From: Azolla caroliniana
Lineage: Eukaryota; Plantae; Polypodiophyta
DNA: 64,000 nt
NCBI GenBank assembly: GCA_043228905.1
Contig: JBHGNT010000002.1
Span: 15,190,001 to 15,254,000 of the forward strand
Direction of reading: 5' to 3'
Below the pieces are notes generated by a model. It was given only the letters and a program-made list of their open reading frames with translations. It made no database searches and was not told the DNA's origin. Both the position numbers and the translations under genes were made by a program. This document shows, in pieces, positions 1 through 12,730 of this stretch. Positions within the stretch are counted from its first letter, which is position 1, and every line of letters starts with the position of its first letter.

Positions 1-896
1 GAAGACGCGGCCCTAGAAGACGAGTTGGCGGAAAGCCACTACACGAAGCCGCATTGGGCCAGGGAAACTACGGAAACCCCCGTACGGATCGGCAACGTTC
101 CGGAACCGGTGGTGGCCTTGGTAGACCATGGATCCGAAATCAACCTGATGTCCATGGATTTCTATAAGAGGGGTAAATGGCCAATCAACACCAAGCATGG
201 CTGGAAAATATGGGCGGTGACACGCGCCACGGAAGAACTACATGGAGCCGGTCCGAACGTACGGGTGAGAATCGGCGATGTCGAGATCGACCAGCACTTC
301 TTCATGCAGGAGACATCCTCGCATCCGGTTATACTAGGAGAGCCATACATTACGGCAGCACGGATGGAGACCAAGGTGCTAGACAACGGTTTGGCCAATG
401 CAAGAGTCAAGAGCCAGGACGGGCATCACTCGGTACAGTTCCTGAAGGTGCGACCAAACCATGAGCGTAATTGCGAGGCCCTCGGCGGCAAAACCCGAGG
501 GGATTTTTAGAGAGGGCTATCAAGGCGTGGGGCCGCGATAGTCCGGACACTCGGAAAAAACCCCACAAATGTACAGTAGGGAAGAAGACCTGTACCATAA
601 GTAGGAAATTTTGGTTCTCCAACAACGGAGGTTGTACTATGGCCGACGTCAACGGTCGGGAAAGGAAGCGTGCGGAGGAGCGGCTCAGGGGATGTGGAGT
701 CCTCTTCCCCGACGAGATCAGTGGCGCCGTGGATGCGGTCTCTTTTGATGACACCTTGGGCAAGTTGCGAAAGGTGATTGGTGAAGACCTTAGAGAAGAC
801 CGGGCCGTTCCGGTAGGTTCGATGGAAATGTACGGAGTCATTGCGGACTTCGGGGAAAGGATCGGGGCGGATCGGACGGCCCGCGTGGATACGAAG
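1..896 (+). mobile_element. Degenerate Ty3/gypsy pol fragment (aspartic protease and linker), Gx-type family
   Basis: ORF 25..510 contains retropepsin motif ALVDHGSEINLM and VILGEPY; homologous to minus-strand ORFs 4827..5153 and 44131..44457. Confidence 0.8.
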
Positions 897-1815
897 GAAG
901 CAATCAGGCTCGAACTGCCACAGGCACTATGGTCGGGAGTAAAGGAGAAAAGGAGTAAGTTGGCACCCCATGCAACAAAATGCATATTTCTTGGTTATGG
1001 AACCAATGGGGAATTCGGCTACAGACTGTGGGACCTAGAGAACCGAACATTGATATGTAGTACTGACGTAGTCTTCAATGAAAACTCTATCCTCTCTAAG
1101 CAGAGCCAACAGAAAATAGTTGGTAAAAAGGTATCCTTTGAAATCAATAGAGATGGCGTAGAAGGACCGTACCACTAGGCCGAATCGGAGATTCGACAAC
1201 TAGTTGAACTTGAAGACAAAGCCATCAAAGGCAAAGCCGAAGCGACAAGAATAAAAAAAGGCAAAGTCGACAAGGTACAAGTCAGAATCGATAGAGTTCG
1301 ACCCGACTAAAAACACCCAAGGCTAAGTCCCCTACCTCGAATTCAATCAATCCCGAGCAAGGGGAGGATGAAATGACATCGTTGAACTCCTATTCCAAGG
1401 GCAAGTCATACAATAGGACTCTTGACATAAGTGGTTCAACAAATATTGATCGACCAACAGAGCCGATCGAAGGATCTGAACCGATCACTTCGGCACCCAG
1501 GATATTTGGAGAAGTTCGAAGGCTTACAGAGTTCTATCAACTAGGCCTCGACTACGTCAACTACACCGATGCAAGCGAACCAAGCACATACGAAGAAGCT
1601 ATAGCCGCATCGGACGCTGATACATGGCTACAAGCTATGCAATCTGAGTTGGACTCGATACGACACAATCAAACATCGGAGCTGGTCGAACTACTAGCAG
1701 GAAGGAAGCCACTACCTTGCAAATTGGTCTTCCAGGGACAAATATGTATCCGACTCTGAGAAACCCAAATACAAAGCTCCGCTTGTTGCGAAGGGATTCA
1801 AACAAAAACACAGGG
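897..1815 (+). mobile_element. Ty1/copia remnant (integrase C-terminus to start of RT)
   Basis: SKLAPHATKCIFLGY..FGYRLWD..DVVFNE, then EPSTYEEAI..WLQAMQSELDSI; duplicated at 41821-42780. Confidence 0.85.
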
Positions 1816-2089
1816 TCAAAAAGTGGCAAGGCCACAAGGTTCTTGGACAAAGGAGCCGGTGAGAGTAGGAAAGTTCTTCGGATCAGTAAGAAGATGAGCA
1901 CACGGACTCCCTCGCTCATACACACAACACGACAGGAATACACCGAAGACAAGAAGCGAGAAATCCAAAACACATGGAGAGACTCAACGAATTAACGATG
2001 AAAAGAAGAAACGGGAAGAGATTCCAACTGGCCGTGCCCGGCAAAAGAGCTTCGAGCTGACTATAAACACACACAGACACTAACTATAA

Positions 2090-3350
2090 ACACCCAGTCA
2101 CCTTGCTCGATCTTCTTTGGCCAAAACCTGTGTGTCCGGTCGAACCGGCCCTTGTTCTTCTTCCGCGCCCCCTCCAGATTTGCCTTTGCTCGTTCCACAT
2201 CCTCCGGCCTCCGCTCGAGTTGCCAAATCGTTGCCTAGTCGACCGCCATCCACGAAGAGATTGTCGACCGCCGTCCAGATGGGGAATCTCATGCAGGCCT
2301 TGTCGTCATGATTTATCACCCATCCGATTCTGGCCAGGCTTGTGTCCACCGTCATGAAAACCAGAGTGCCCTTCTTGTACGCCACTTTCTGGAGAGCCGG
2401 TGCCACCGTTAGCTTTTCCTTTAGTCTCCGAATCGCCTCCATGTGCTCGTTGTTCCATTTGAATTTCTGACCTTTCTTTAGCAAACCATAGAGCGGCTCG
2501 ACAATATGTGCGTAGTGCAGAATCCAAATGTGGTAGAAGGTGCACGTCCCTAGGAACCGTTGGACTTCTGTGACCAACCGATACTCTTCCTTCATCGCCG
2601 AGAAGGCCTCTACCTTCGGCGGAGACAGTCTCCAGCCATATGGCCCGCATAGGTCATTGACTACCAGGATCTCTGATTGTCTGAAAGCCCACTTCTGCCC
2701 AGAGAAGGTAAGTCGAGCGCCCTCAAGGCTCTGCAATAGCTTCTCGCAGTCGGAGATGTGGTCGACAAAAAATCCCAGGCATCCGTCCGCCACGATCGAC
2801 TCATCTTTCACATCCTCCCAACATCCCTTGATTGGGATGTCATCCATAAATGGCAGGGTGATGTTCGGGATGCATTCCCTCAACACCTTGTTCATCGCAT
2901 TCACCATGTGCGCCACCGAATTGGTTCTCCCTTGCAGTAGGGTTTGCATTGTCATGATGTCTCTACTCTCCACGGCTAGCTGGAACTGGTCATACCCAGA
3001 GTATAAGTCGCTGACCAAGTAGATAGACCTTCCAGCGAAGGCCTCCGCAAACTCGTCGATCGTCGGACCGACGCCTTAATTTCGAATGGTCACCTTGTTG
3101 ACCTGATGCATGTCCTTAATAAAGCACAGTGTGTTGTTCTCTTCGGCACTGTAAACCACTTATTTGAGTATGGGGCTCATGACGGCTCAAGGATACCCAT
3201 ATTGACCTTCTCCTTGAGCACCTCCATCAACTTTGGGATGTGAGCTCTCGGTACCGGAATCGGTTTGAGGTTCCACAGTACATGCGACACTGTGAAGATC
3301 ACCATCGGTTCTACGATTGTCGGGTCGACGCACCCGATCTCCCCCTACGA
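2090..3350 (-). mobile_element. Gx Ty3/gypsy RT-RNaseH remnant
   Basis: ORF 2098..3018: DLYSGYDQ, FMDDIPIKG, VQRFLGTCTFY, TVDTS; stops and deletions present. Confidence 0.85.
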
Positions 3351-3364
3351 GAACATTGTCGCAT

Positions 3365-3944
3365 TGTTATGCGCGTGCGTGGGGAACGAGGCGGAACCAC
3401 GGGGGCCTTGGACTGAGAAATAACCGAATGAGAAGAGGGGAAGGAAACTACCGATGTACTTCACACGCACACAGGCACACAGATTCATAGGAGTTGCAAC
3501 TAACTCTGAACAATGGAGATAGAACGATAGTATATGTATATATAAATCAGGGGGTTACAACCGGCGTGCCGGCGAGTGGTAGGCTCCGACGCCTACACAC
3601 ACACACACAGAACGCGAGATGGAGACTTTGTTGGAAGCACTCGGGCGTTCCGCAAAGCAGAGTCAACCTCCCGAAAACCTGCACAGAATGACTATGGAGA
3701 CGACAGAGGAGAAGAGCTAGGTTTCAGTCCGACAACACTTCGTCCTCCACAAAACGTGATTCCCTCTTTACAATACCTCTCCCTCTCTTTTATAGCCCAA
3801 GGATGGAGGCCGTTACCACTCGTTACATCATATTTATTCCCTGTCCTTTCGAACAGAGATACGCCTCGATTTTCTCCCTAATGAATGCGTGCTACCTAGG
3901 ATTTCACCTCAACCGACTTGTCCCTATCTACCTACTATACAACA
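3365..3944 (-). repeat. Putative solo LTR or LTR-like insert
   Basis: TGTT...AACA termini; minus-strand CTATAAAAGAGAGGG near 3781-3795; interrupts Gx pol; no TSD found. Confidence 0.4.
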
Positions 3945-3981
3945 AAACTTGTGCCCACATGTAAGGGCCGGTTTACGCACG

Positions 3982-5153
3982 TTATACCCGGTTTCTGCCT
4001 AGGGACGGTTTTCTCCACGACAACGCGAAGGCTTTCCGATGCCTCTCGAGCATCCTCTGAAACAGGTCCAACTCTGTCGGCAGTAGGAAGCCAACCCCAT
4101 CGATCTTCAGCTCCAGTAGTGTCTTGTCGGTGAACCAGTGCCCTATGCCAGCCAGATCTCGTAAACTCGGGTCCGTCGCGACCCTTTGCATCCATTCCGA
4201 GTTGTCCTCCGGTAAGAGAGCCACCACTGGCCTCACCTTCCAGTCCACAATCTTGTACTTTGTGTCTACTCGGGCGTTCCAATCCAACCAGATCATCTTC
4301 CCGAAGTTCGCCATGACTTCGTACATCTCAACGGAATTTAGCGGAACGACCCGGTCTTCGCTAACATCCTCCTCGACTACCCTCTTGATCTCCCCAAGGG
4401 TGTCATCGAATGAGACCGCCTCCACGACACTGCTATTCGAGTCGTCAAGGTCCAAGGCTCCACATGCCTTCAGACGCCTTTCAACTTGCTTCTTCTCCCG
4501 GCCACCAATGTTGGCTATAGTACAACCTCCATTTCCAGAGAGCCAAAATTTCCTACTTATGGTACATGTTTGGGGTTTCCTCCGGTTGTCCGGACTATCG
4601 TGGCCCCATGCCTTGATAGTGCTCTTTAAAGATCCTCTCAGCTCTCGCCGCCGAGAGAATCTCGGTTTTGTTCATGATTCGGCCTTATTGTTAAGAAGTG
4701 GATGGAGTGCTTACCGTCCTAACTCTTTACCCTCAAATATGTCAAACCATTGTCCAACACCTTCATTTCCATCCAAGCCATCGTAATGTAAGGTTCGTCA
4801 AGAATTACCGGGTGGGAGGATGTCTCCTACACGAAGAAATGTTGGTCTATTTCGACGTCACCGACCTTCACCTTGATGTTCGGGCACAGACCATGAACCT
4901 CTTCGGTAGCGCGGGTTGTCGTGCGTATCTTCCAAGCATGCTTCGTGTTGATCGGCAACTTCCCCTTTTTATAGAAGTCCATCGACATTAGATTGATTTC
5001 CGATCCGTGGTCGATCAACACCACCACCGGCTCCTTCACATCCCCGATCTGGACTAGGGTCTCTGTCGTCACTCTGGCCCAGTGTAGGATCATATAGTGA
5101 CTATCTGGAAACTCCTCTTCCGTCGCCACCTCTTCGATGTGGGCCACATTCAC
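3982..5153 (-). mobile_element. Gx Ty3/gypsy protease-linker remnant
   Basis: ORFs 4827..5153 (LIDHGSEINLM) and 3982..4455 are homologous to 25-896. Confidence 0.8.
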
Positions 5154-5613
5154 TGTTGTCCATGGGACAAAAAGAGCACCAGTTGCACCAGTTGCAAACC
5201 GAGCACACCGCCGCCAGAGAACAACATCAGGATGCTTGGCGACAGGAGAAGGATGAAACTGTAGCTCAGCTCACCACACGCTATGAGCAAACAATCACGC
5301 TCATCACCAAAAAAGCGAAAGATAATCAAGTTACTTTAGCACTCCTTGTCCGCAAAAGCCAAGCAGAAGCCAAGGCCGCACAGGAGGCAATGGAAGTTCA
5401 CCGCACTAGCATCGGCATGGACGATACTAAAATCAACATCCTAATCAACAAGTATCGCCAGCAATTCACCACAAAGATCAAAGACACCGTTGACCGTGTT
5501 TGGCAGGGGTGGTCAGCCCAAGCTGTGGACCTACACATACTACACGAAGATGCCGAGAACCGACGGAAGGAGGGCCAAGGGTTTTACAAGATGGATGACA
5601 CCAGCATCCAGAC

Positions 5614-6113
5614 TGTTGAGAAGCAAGCTCAACATGGTATGTGATGCTTATTGGGAAATAAGCTATAGTAGCTATTTAGCTACTTGTGAACATAAAGGAG
5701 AAACAGCTAATTAGCTACTAGCAGCTAATTAGCTACTGACAGCTATTTAGCGACTGACAGCTAATTAGCTACTGACAGCTATTTAGCGATTGACAGCTAA
5801 TTAGCTGCATACGTAAGTAACTTATTACTTAGGTAGAAAGTAAGAGAGTAGGTAAGTAAGAAACACAGGAAGTAGAACTCAGAGAGAGAGAGTGAGGAAA
5901 GAGAGGAAGAACTCAGAGAGTGAGAGAAAAAGAGAAAAACAGACGAGAGCAAGTAGAGCTCCACGTGTAATGAAATAGAAGAAGTTTTGGCTGCTACAGA
6001 GGTAAGTCTCCTTCCCTCTTCCCTTCTGTGTTTGAGCACTAAACGATCTAGCACACCACGATCCGCCGCGCAAATAAGAAGAGCCCGAGTGCCTTCTTCA
6101 CGTTTTCTTAACA
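5614..6113 (+). repeat. Copia A1 5' LTR with 18-bp tandem repeats
   Basis: TGTTGAGAAG...TTCTTAACA; repeats CTGACAGCTA(A/T)TTAGC. Confidence 0.95.
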
Positions 6114-6125
6114 TGGTATCAGAGC
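6114..6125 (+). promoter_or_regulatory. Primer-binding site, tRNA-iMet
   Basis: TGGTATCAGAGC directly after the LTR. Confidence 0.95.
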
Positions 6126-6252
6126 AGAGTTGCTCATAAAGAAGAGTATAGAAGTGCATATATCTGAGAAAGGTATTTCTCTGTTTGCTTATCTGAATCA
6201 GAAAGGTACTTGTTGAAGTAATCGTAGCAGAAACCCTAGTTTGGAAGAGATA

Positions 6253-9200
6253 ATGGCTGCAAAGAATGCGGGCCAAATAGTTACAGAGAAACTAGATAAA
6301 AACAATTTCCCGGCGTGGAAATTTAGAATGACAAATTTCCTAATGGGGAAAGGATACTAGGATTACATTGAAGGAGACCTAGACGAGGCTCTGGAGATCC
6401 CAGAAGAAAATGTCACAGCAGCACAGATTAAAGCATTCAAAGACTAGAATCAAGGGGCAAGGAAGGTAATGCATTGGCTCTCACTTAGCATCTCAAATTC
6501 GATGCTTGGGCACATACAGGATGTTATGCTCCCAAAAGAAGCTTGGGACAATTTGGTAAAACTGTTTGCAGTAAACACAAAAGCTAGAAAGCTATAGTTG
6601 AAGACTAAGCTAAATACCTTAGAAAAAGGTAAGATGTCAATAAATGAGTATGCCTTGAAAATAAAGAGCATATGTGAATCACTTGCTTCTATCAATGTAA
6701 AGATAGAAGATGATGATAAGGTAGAAATATGCTTGAGAGGCTTAGGACCTCAATACAAAAGCTTTAAAACCTCTATGCTTACAAGGGATAGTATCCCAAG
6801 CTTTCCAAATCTGGTCTCAATGCTTGTAGTAGAAGAAAGGAATGAGATGGATGATGTAAATAAAGGAAATCTTGAGAATGAGGGGCAAGCCCTATATAAT
6901 AGTGCTGGAAGAGGCCGAGGAAGAGGCCATGGAAGATTTGGCTCAGCAAGAACCAACAATAATGGTTATCAAGGAAGAGGACAACAAACCATTAGAGGAA
7001 GAAACAACAACAGAGTGAGGGGGAGCAACCGAGGTAGAGGTAAGCAAACATATGTAAATGATGATGGTTGTTGGTATTGTGGAAAACCAGGCCACACACA
7101 AGCTGAATGTTACAAGAAGCAAAATGATGAGCAAAGAGGAAAGAGACAGCAGAATAACTATGCCCAAACTAGTGAAGATTGTGAAAAAGATGGTGCATTT
7201 GTGGTACAACATGAGATAGCAGCAATGGCCGAAAGCTCACAGAAATGTAATGAAGAGTTTACATGATATGTAGACTCGGGGGCATCTAACCATATGACTG
7301 GACATGCAAACTGGTTTGAAAGGTTAAGAGAACTAGAGATTCCTGGCTATGTATAGACGGGTGATAATAGTACACACCAAATAGAACATGTTGGAGATAT
7401 CCCATTGTGGGAAGAAAAAGTAAAGACTAAGTATATGTTGAATGTAATGCATGTTCCAAATCTTGCTAAGAATCTTATTTCTATTGGACAGATAGTAGAG
7501 CAAGGTATGCAAGTAAAGTTTAAGCAAAGTGGATGCTATATAGAAAAGAATGGGAAGCTCATTGCAAAAGGAAAACGACAAGGAAGAATGTTTATTTTGG
7601 ATGTTGACATGCCTAGACAGATTTCAGCTATGTTTGCAAATGGAATGAGTGTAGTCTCAGATGTGGAAATGTGGCATAAAAGGATTGGCCACATAAGTAT
7701 GCAAACCCTAAAGAATATGTTGAGAAAAGATGCAGTGGCTGGACTGCCAAAACTGAAAAATTGTGAAATGGGAAAGATATGTGAAGCATGTCAAGATGGA
7801 AAGCAAAATAGGTTGCCATTCCCTCATGAAAGACATGTAAGTAAAAATTTGTTGGATTTGGTACATACGGATGTATGGGGACCAACTAAGAATGCATCTA
7901 TCGGTGGCTGCAGATTTTATGTAACTTTTATTGATGATTGCTCAAGGAAAACATGGGTGTATTTCATGAAAGAGAAAAGTGAAGTGTTTGAATGTTTTCG
8001 TAAGTTTAAATGCATGGTAGAAAAGCAGGCAGGTACAAGAATAAAATGTTTAAGATCTGATGGAGGAGGACAGTATTTCTCCAATGAATTTTCTGATTTT
8101 CTATGCAATCAAGGAATAAGAAGACAGTTCACATGTAGATATACTCCACAACAAAATGGAGTTGTTGAGAGGAAAAACAGAACATTGGTGAAAATTGCAA
8201 GGGCTTTGATGACAGAGAAGAATATGCCATTGTACTATTGGGCAGAAGCTGTAAATACAGCAAATTATATTATAAATAGATGTATAACATCGGGAGTACA
8301 TGAAGCAACTCCTGAAGAGTGTTTCTATGGAAGGAAACCTAGTTTAGAACACTTAAAAGTGTTTGGATGCCTTGCATATGTACATGTGCCTGCATAAGTA
8401 AGAAGTAAGCTGGATCCAAAAGCAGAAAAATGTATTTTTGTTGGCTATTCAGAAGAACAAAAAGGGTATAGATGCTATAACCCTGTAACAAAGAAGATTG
8501 TGACAAGTAGGGATGTAATCTTTGATGAGTTAGCAAGCTGGTATAGTCCAAAATAGAATCCAGAGACTGATGAAGACAATGAGATTAAAGACAGAGACAA
8601 ATCTGAAAATGTAGAAGACTGCCACAGAGATGGAAGCAAGGTTGGACAGCAAAGTCCAACATCAACAGAATGTTCTGGACCATCAAAAAGCTCAGATGGT
8701 AAATCTGATTCGAATTCTTGGAGTAGAAAAAGTGGAGGACACAAAAAATGTGATAATAAAAAAGGAAAACAGAAAATGCCAGAGTATGAAATGTTGGATG
8801 ACTTGTCTAAAAACATGGAAGATGAGGATTTAGATGTGTCATTGGATGATCTTCTTGGTATAAGAGGATTGAAAATCCCTGGTATGGAAAAAGCATTGAA
8901 GGATGCAAATCATAAACTGTGAAGATCAGATAGAGAGAAAAAAACTGTTGACAGATTTGGTTATGATACATATATGGCTATGCATTATGCATATATGTCT
9001 AAGGTGGTACAGATCCCTGATCCAAGTAGTTTTGATGAGGCTAAAACTGAGAAGAAATGGGTGGATGCAATGCAAGAAGAGATTGATGCATTGGCTGAAA
9101 ACAGAACATGGGATTTGGTGAAGTTACCGAAAGGAAAAAATGTGGTAGGTTGCAAATGGGTCTACAAGACAAAGCATGATTCCAGTGGGAATGTAAATAA

Positions 9201-10602
9201 ACATAAAGCAAGTTAGGTTGCAAAGGGATATGCCCAAATGCAAAGAATTGATTATGATGAGACATTTGCACCGATTGCAAAGATGGCAACATTGAGGACA
9301 TTACTAGCTGTAGGTGCAGCTAGAAGATGGTTTCTTCATCATATGGATGTAAAAAATGCCTTTTTACATGGTAACTTGGAAGAAGAAGTGTATATGTGTC
9401 AACCACCAGGTTTTGAAGATAGGAAGCATTCAGATTATGTATGTAAGCTGAAAAAGACTCTCTATGGATTGAAACAGGCACCAAGAACATGGCACAGAGA
9501 ACTTTCAGATTATCTGAAAAAACTTGACTTCAAAATGTCAAAGGCTGATTCATCATTGTATGTTAAAAGGAAAGATGATTGTATTGTTGTGATTCTGATT
9601 TATGTTGATGATCTCATCATTGGAGGTGATTTCATGGATGAGATAAGTAAGCTGAAAAGAAATTTGGAAATGAAATTTCATATGAAAGATTTGGGAGATC
9701 TGAGATATTTTTTGGGTATTGAAATCATCAGATCTGAAAGTGGTATATGTGTGTTGCAAAGACAATATGCAACAACTATGTTGAAAAAGTATGGTATGCT
9801 TGGATGCAAACCTATTGGAGTACCACTAGATAAAAACTGCAAATTGAGGGTTGATTTGGGAGCCAAAATAGAAGATGTAAACATGTACAGGTCTATGGTG
9901 GGCGGCCTTATTTATTTGACCATTACAAGACCTAATTTGCGTTATGCAGTTGGATTAGTCAGCCAATTTATGCAACAGCCAACAAAGCCGCATTTGGACT
10001 GCATTAGAAGAATTCTGAGGTATGTAAAAGCTACTCAGAACTATGGATTGTTTTACAGGGCTAATTTGGACATAAATCTCGAAGGATATATAGATGTTGA
10101 TTGGGCTGGAAGCCAAACAGATAGAAGATCCACAAGTGGATATATCTTTACATTGGGAAGTGCAAGTATTTCATGGAGTAGCAAGAAACAGGCTACTGTT
10201 GCATTGTCTAGTACTAAAGCTGAGTACAGAGGAGTTGCCATAGCCACTTGTGAAGAGCTATGGATCAGAAGATTGCTTGCTGATTTGGGAGAGTATATAG
10301 ACGGTACTATCACAATCTGGTGTGACAACATGAACAACATTCAGCTTGCAAAAAACCCAGTGTTCCATGCAAGAACAAAGCACATTGAAGTGCATTATCA
10401 CTTTGTTAGACAAAAAGTGATTGAAGGAGAAGTTGATCTGGTGTATGTGAATACAAATCAGCAGGTTGCTGATATTCTCACAAAGGGATTGAGTGTGGAA
10501 AAGCATACACAGTTTCGGAACATGATGGGAGTTGTAGACACTGATATGATGGCTGAAAAGCATCATGGAAAAGAAGTTGTAGATAACCCCAAGAAAGAAT
10601 AA
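6253..10602 (+). pseudogene. gag-pol: Copia A1 gag-pol pseudogene
   Basis: CWYCGKPGHTQAEC knuckle, YVDSGASNH protease, VHTDVWGP / SDGG integrase, YVDD RT, RTKHIEVHYHF RNaseH; several in-frame stops and a frameshift near 9237. Confidence 0.93.
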
Positions 10603-10620
10603 GTTGAGCTTGAGGGGGAG

Positions 10621-11133
10621 TGTTGAGAAGCAAGCTCAACATGGTACGTGATGCTTATTGGGAAATAAGCTATAGGCTAATTAGCTACTGACAGCTATTT
10701 AGCGATTGACAGCTAATTAGCTACTGACAGCTATTTAGTGACTGACAGCTAATTAGCTACTGACAGCTATTTAGCGACTGACAGCTAATTAGCTGCATAC
10801 GTAAGTAACTTATTACTTAGGTAGAAAGTAAGAGAGTAGGTAAGTAAGAAATACAGGAAGTAAGAGAGTAGGTAAGTAAGAAATACAGGAAGTAGAACTC
10901 TGAGAGAGAGAGTGAGGAAAGAGAGGAAGAACTCAGAGAGTGAGAGAAAAAGAGAAAAATAGACGAGAGCAAGTAGAGCTCCGCGTGTAATGAAATAGAA
11001 GAAGTTTTGGCTGCTACAGAGGTAAGTCTCCTTCCCCCTTCCCTTCTGTGTTTGAGCACTAAACGATCTAGCACACAACGATCCACCGCGCAAATAAGAA
11101 GAGCCCGAGTGCCTTCTTCACGTTTTCTTAACA
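10621..11133 (+). repeat. Copia A1 3' LTR
   Basis: Direct repeat of 5614-6113 with indels; preceded by PPT. Confidence 0.95.
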
Positions 11134-11633
11134 CAGACCCTCCGAGAAGACTTAAGTGAGGAATATCATACCTTGGCAACATCCCACACCGCGGCCATCG
11201 AGCAACTCTTAGAGGAATTCAACAACGATCGAATGGTGTTTCACTTAGAAGACAAAACGTACGAGGAGGAACAAGTTGCTACCAGGATTAACAAAGCTCC
11301 CACAACCAACGAGCAAGGACCCGAGCTACCCACTGCGGCAGCTAGACCGGAGGAACCTGCCCCTACAGACCTCCACATCCCATCCGAGCCATAGACTACA
11401 ACCATGACCCTGACTAAATCGGTCCCAACAGAGGAGGGCCCACACGACGACACTGCCATCCCCGAATCGGCAACGAAACCTCCATCATCAACCCCACCTT
11501 CCAAGCCGCCAAACCAACCCCATGCCCCCGAGGATATCCTTGGCATATTGGAAGAGGAATAAAACAAACCTATAAACCCTCGTAGGAAGGGGAAATTTTT
11601 GTAATTTGTGTTGTTTTGCCAAATCCTTGTGAA

Positions 11634-11675
11634 CCGTGGGTCCGGCAGACAAAGTCCTGTCCCACGGGCGTGCCA
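11634..11675 (+). other. tRNA-3'-end-like motif with stem-loop at the PPT position of G0
   Basis: CCGTGGG..GACAAAGTC..GTCCCACGGGCGTGCCA, 2 nt before LTR. Confidence 0.75.
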
Positions 11676-11677
11676 AG

Positions 11678-12174
11678 TGTTGTCCATGGGACTAAAAGAC
11701 AAATTAGTTAAATATAATACGCCGGTAGGTAAGGTTAGTATGTGAGGAAGCTAGAGTTTAGGAAAACACTGAGTTTCAAACCTCACAGTCTGCCGACGCT
11801 CGGCTCTATATGAAGAAAAAGTATGTAAACTGAGGTCTGCATACCTCGACAAGGGGGGAATACCTAGATCATTCTGAGCGAAAGTAATACCATAGGAGCA
11901 AGCTCTGTACGTACTGTTTCCGGCTGAGGCCGAGTACTGTAATCACTGTAAGCTTTATCATGGAATATAAGTTTCGTCTTTTCTAAACTTCTATCTGTGT
12001 ATTCTCCCCGTACTCGTAAATCGGACTACGTTCATACTTAACGGGTTGTAGCCCATGTACGATCCTTGTTCTCCTCTCTTTTTCCCCGTGTAGAAGAAGC
12101 TTCCATGTAACACAATCCCTTGACCCCGATAGCTTGTGGGCTCATCGAAGGTGTTTCCCCAGAAACGGTTAACA
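11678..12174 (+). repeat. G0 LTR shared by two tandem G0 units
   Basis: TGTT...TAACA; copies at 50986-51482 and 59413-59897; extra ORF upstream, PBS and gag downstream. Confidence 0.85.
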
Positions 12175-12179
12175 CAATT

Positions 12180-12190
12180 TGGCACGCCGG
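12180..12190 (+). promoter_or_regulatory. G0 primer-binding site (tRNA-Arg-like)
   Basis: TGGCACGCCGG 5 nt after LTR, followed by gag sequence. Confidence 0.7.
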
Positions 12191-12337
12191 TTTATAGCGG
12201 TAAGGTCACAGCAAACTACGTTGGAAGCAAACTCCAGCCACCATTATGGCGCCCCATCGCATCACGCGGTCTCGGCCACCTGCCCGACGCCCTGAGCCAG
12301 TCGAAGGAACTTCCGACTCAGCGGTCACAATCGTTCT

Positions 12338-12728
12338 TGTTGTCTGTCTTGCCGGACTAGCCTCAACACAAGTGTCTATCCGACACTTCTCCAAAGGGGT
12401 GGTAAGGGTTGGATGCTAGGTTACACGCGTAAGATGATTACAATTAAGCACAGACGGTAAACAATACGAGATACAGATAAACACGCAATAATTACTATTG
12501 TATTACTTCCGTCCAAAACCCTTTACAAATCATCGGATCCTTTTATAGGCATCCGGCAAGGTTACAATCGGTGCGCTTAGGCAACCGACATCCGAATCGG
12601 TCTAGATCCGGATCGGTACAACTGTACCAGATCCGTCCCTCCGAATAATAATTATGCTATTATTTACTTCCTATTATCCGATCCGATTCCGCCTTCCCAC
12701 TTGTCCTTGCTCTTCTGACCGGCCAACA
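12338..12728 (-). repeat. G1 3' LTR
   Basis: Direct repeat of 21792-22182; minus-strand TATA CCTATAAAAGG near 12539-12549. Confidence 0.95.
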
Positions 12729-12730
12729 CA

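Larger units (their letters stand above)
5614..11133 (+). mobile_element. Ty1/copia LTR retrotransposon A1, full length, inactivated
   Basis: LTRs 5614-6113 and 10621-11133 (TG..CA); TSD CAGAC at 5609-5613 and 11134-11138; PBS TGGTATCAGAGC; PPT TGAGGGGGAG; gag-PR-INT-RT-RH order. Confidence 0.97.
5154..12174 (+). mobile_element. G0 Ty3/gypsy element, internally deleted: ~20 bp of 5' LTR, 3' part of extra ORF, complete 3' LTR; interrupted by copia A1
   Basis: TGTTGTCCATGGGAC at 5154 equals LTR start at 11678; ORFs 5156..5644 and 11173..11394 are homologous to the G1/G2 extra ORF (DAENRRKEG..FYKMD). Confidence 0.8.

Noticed and set aside
5797-6276. Antisense ORFs across copia LTRs and other short shadow ORFs
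   Set aside because: Arise from GA-rich LTR sequence or the reverse strand of TE genes; no independent coding evidence.
11584-11595. AGGAAGGGGAAA as the G0 PPT
   Set aside because: About 80 nt from the LTR, degenerate in the 59318 copy and without a counterpart in G1 or G2; cannot define the LTR end.
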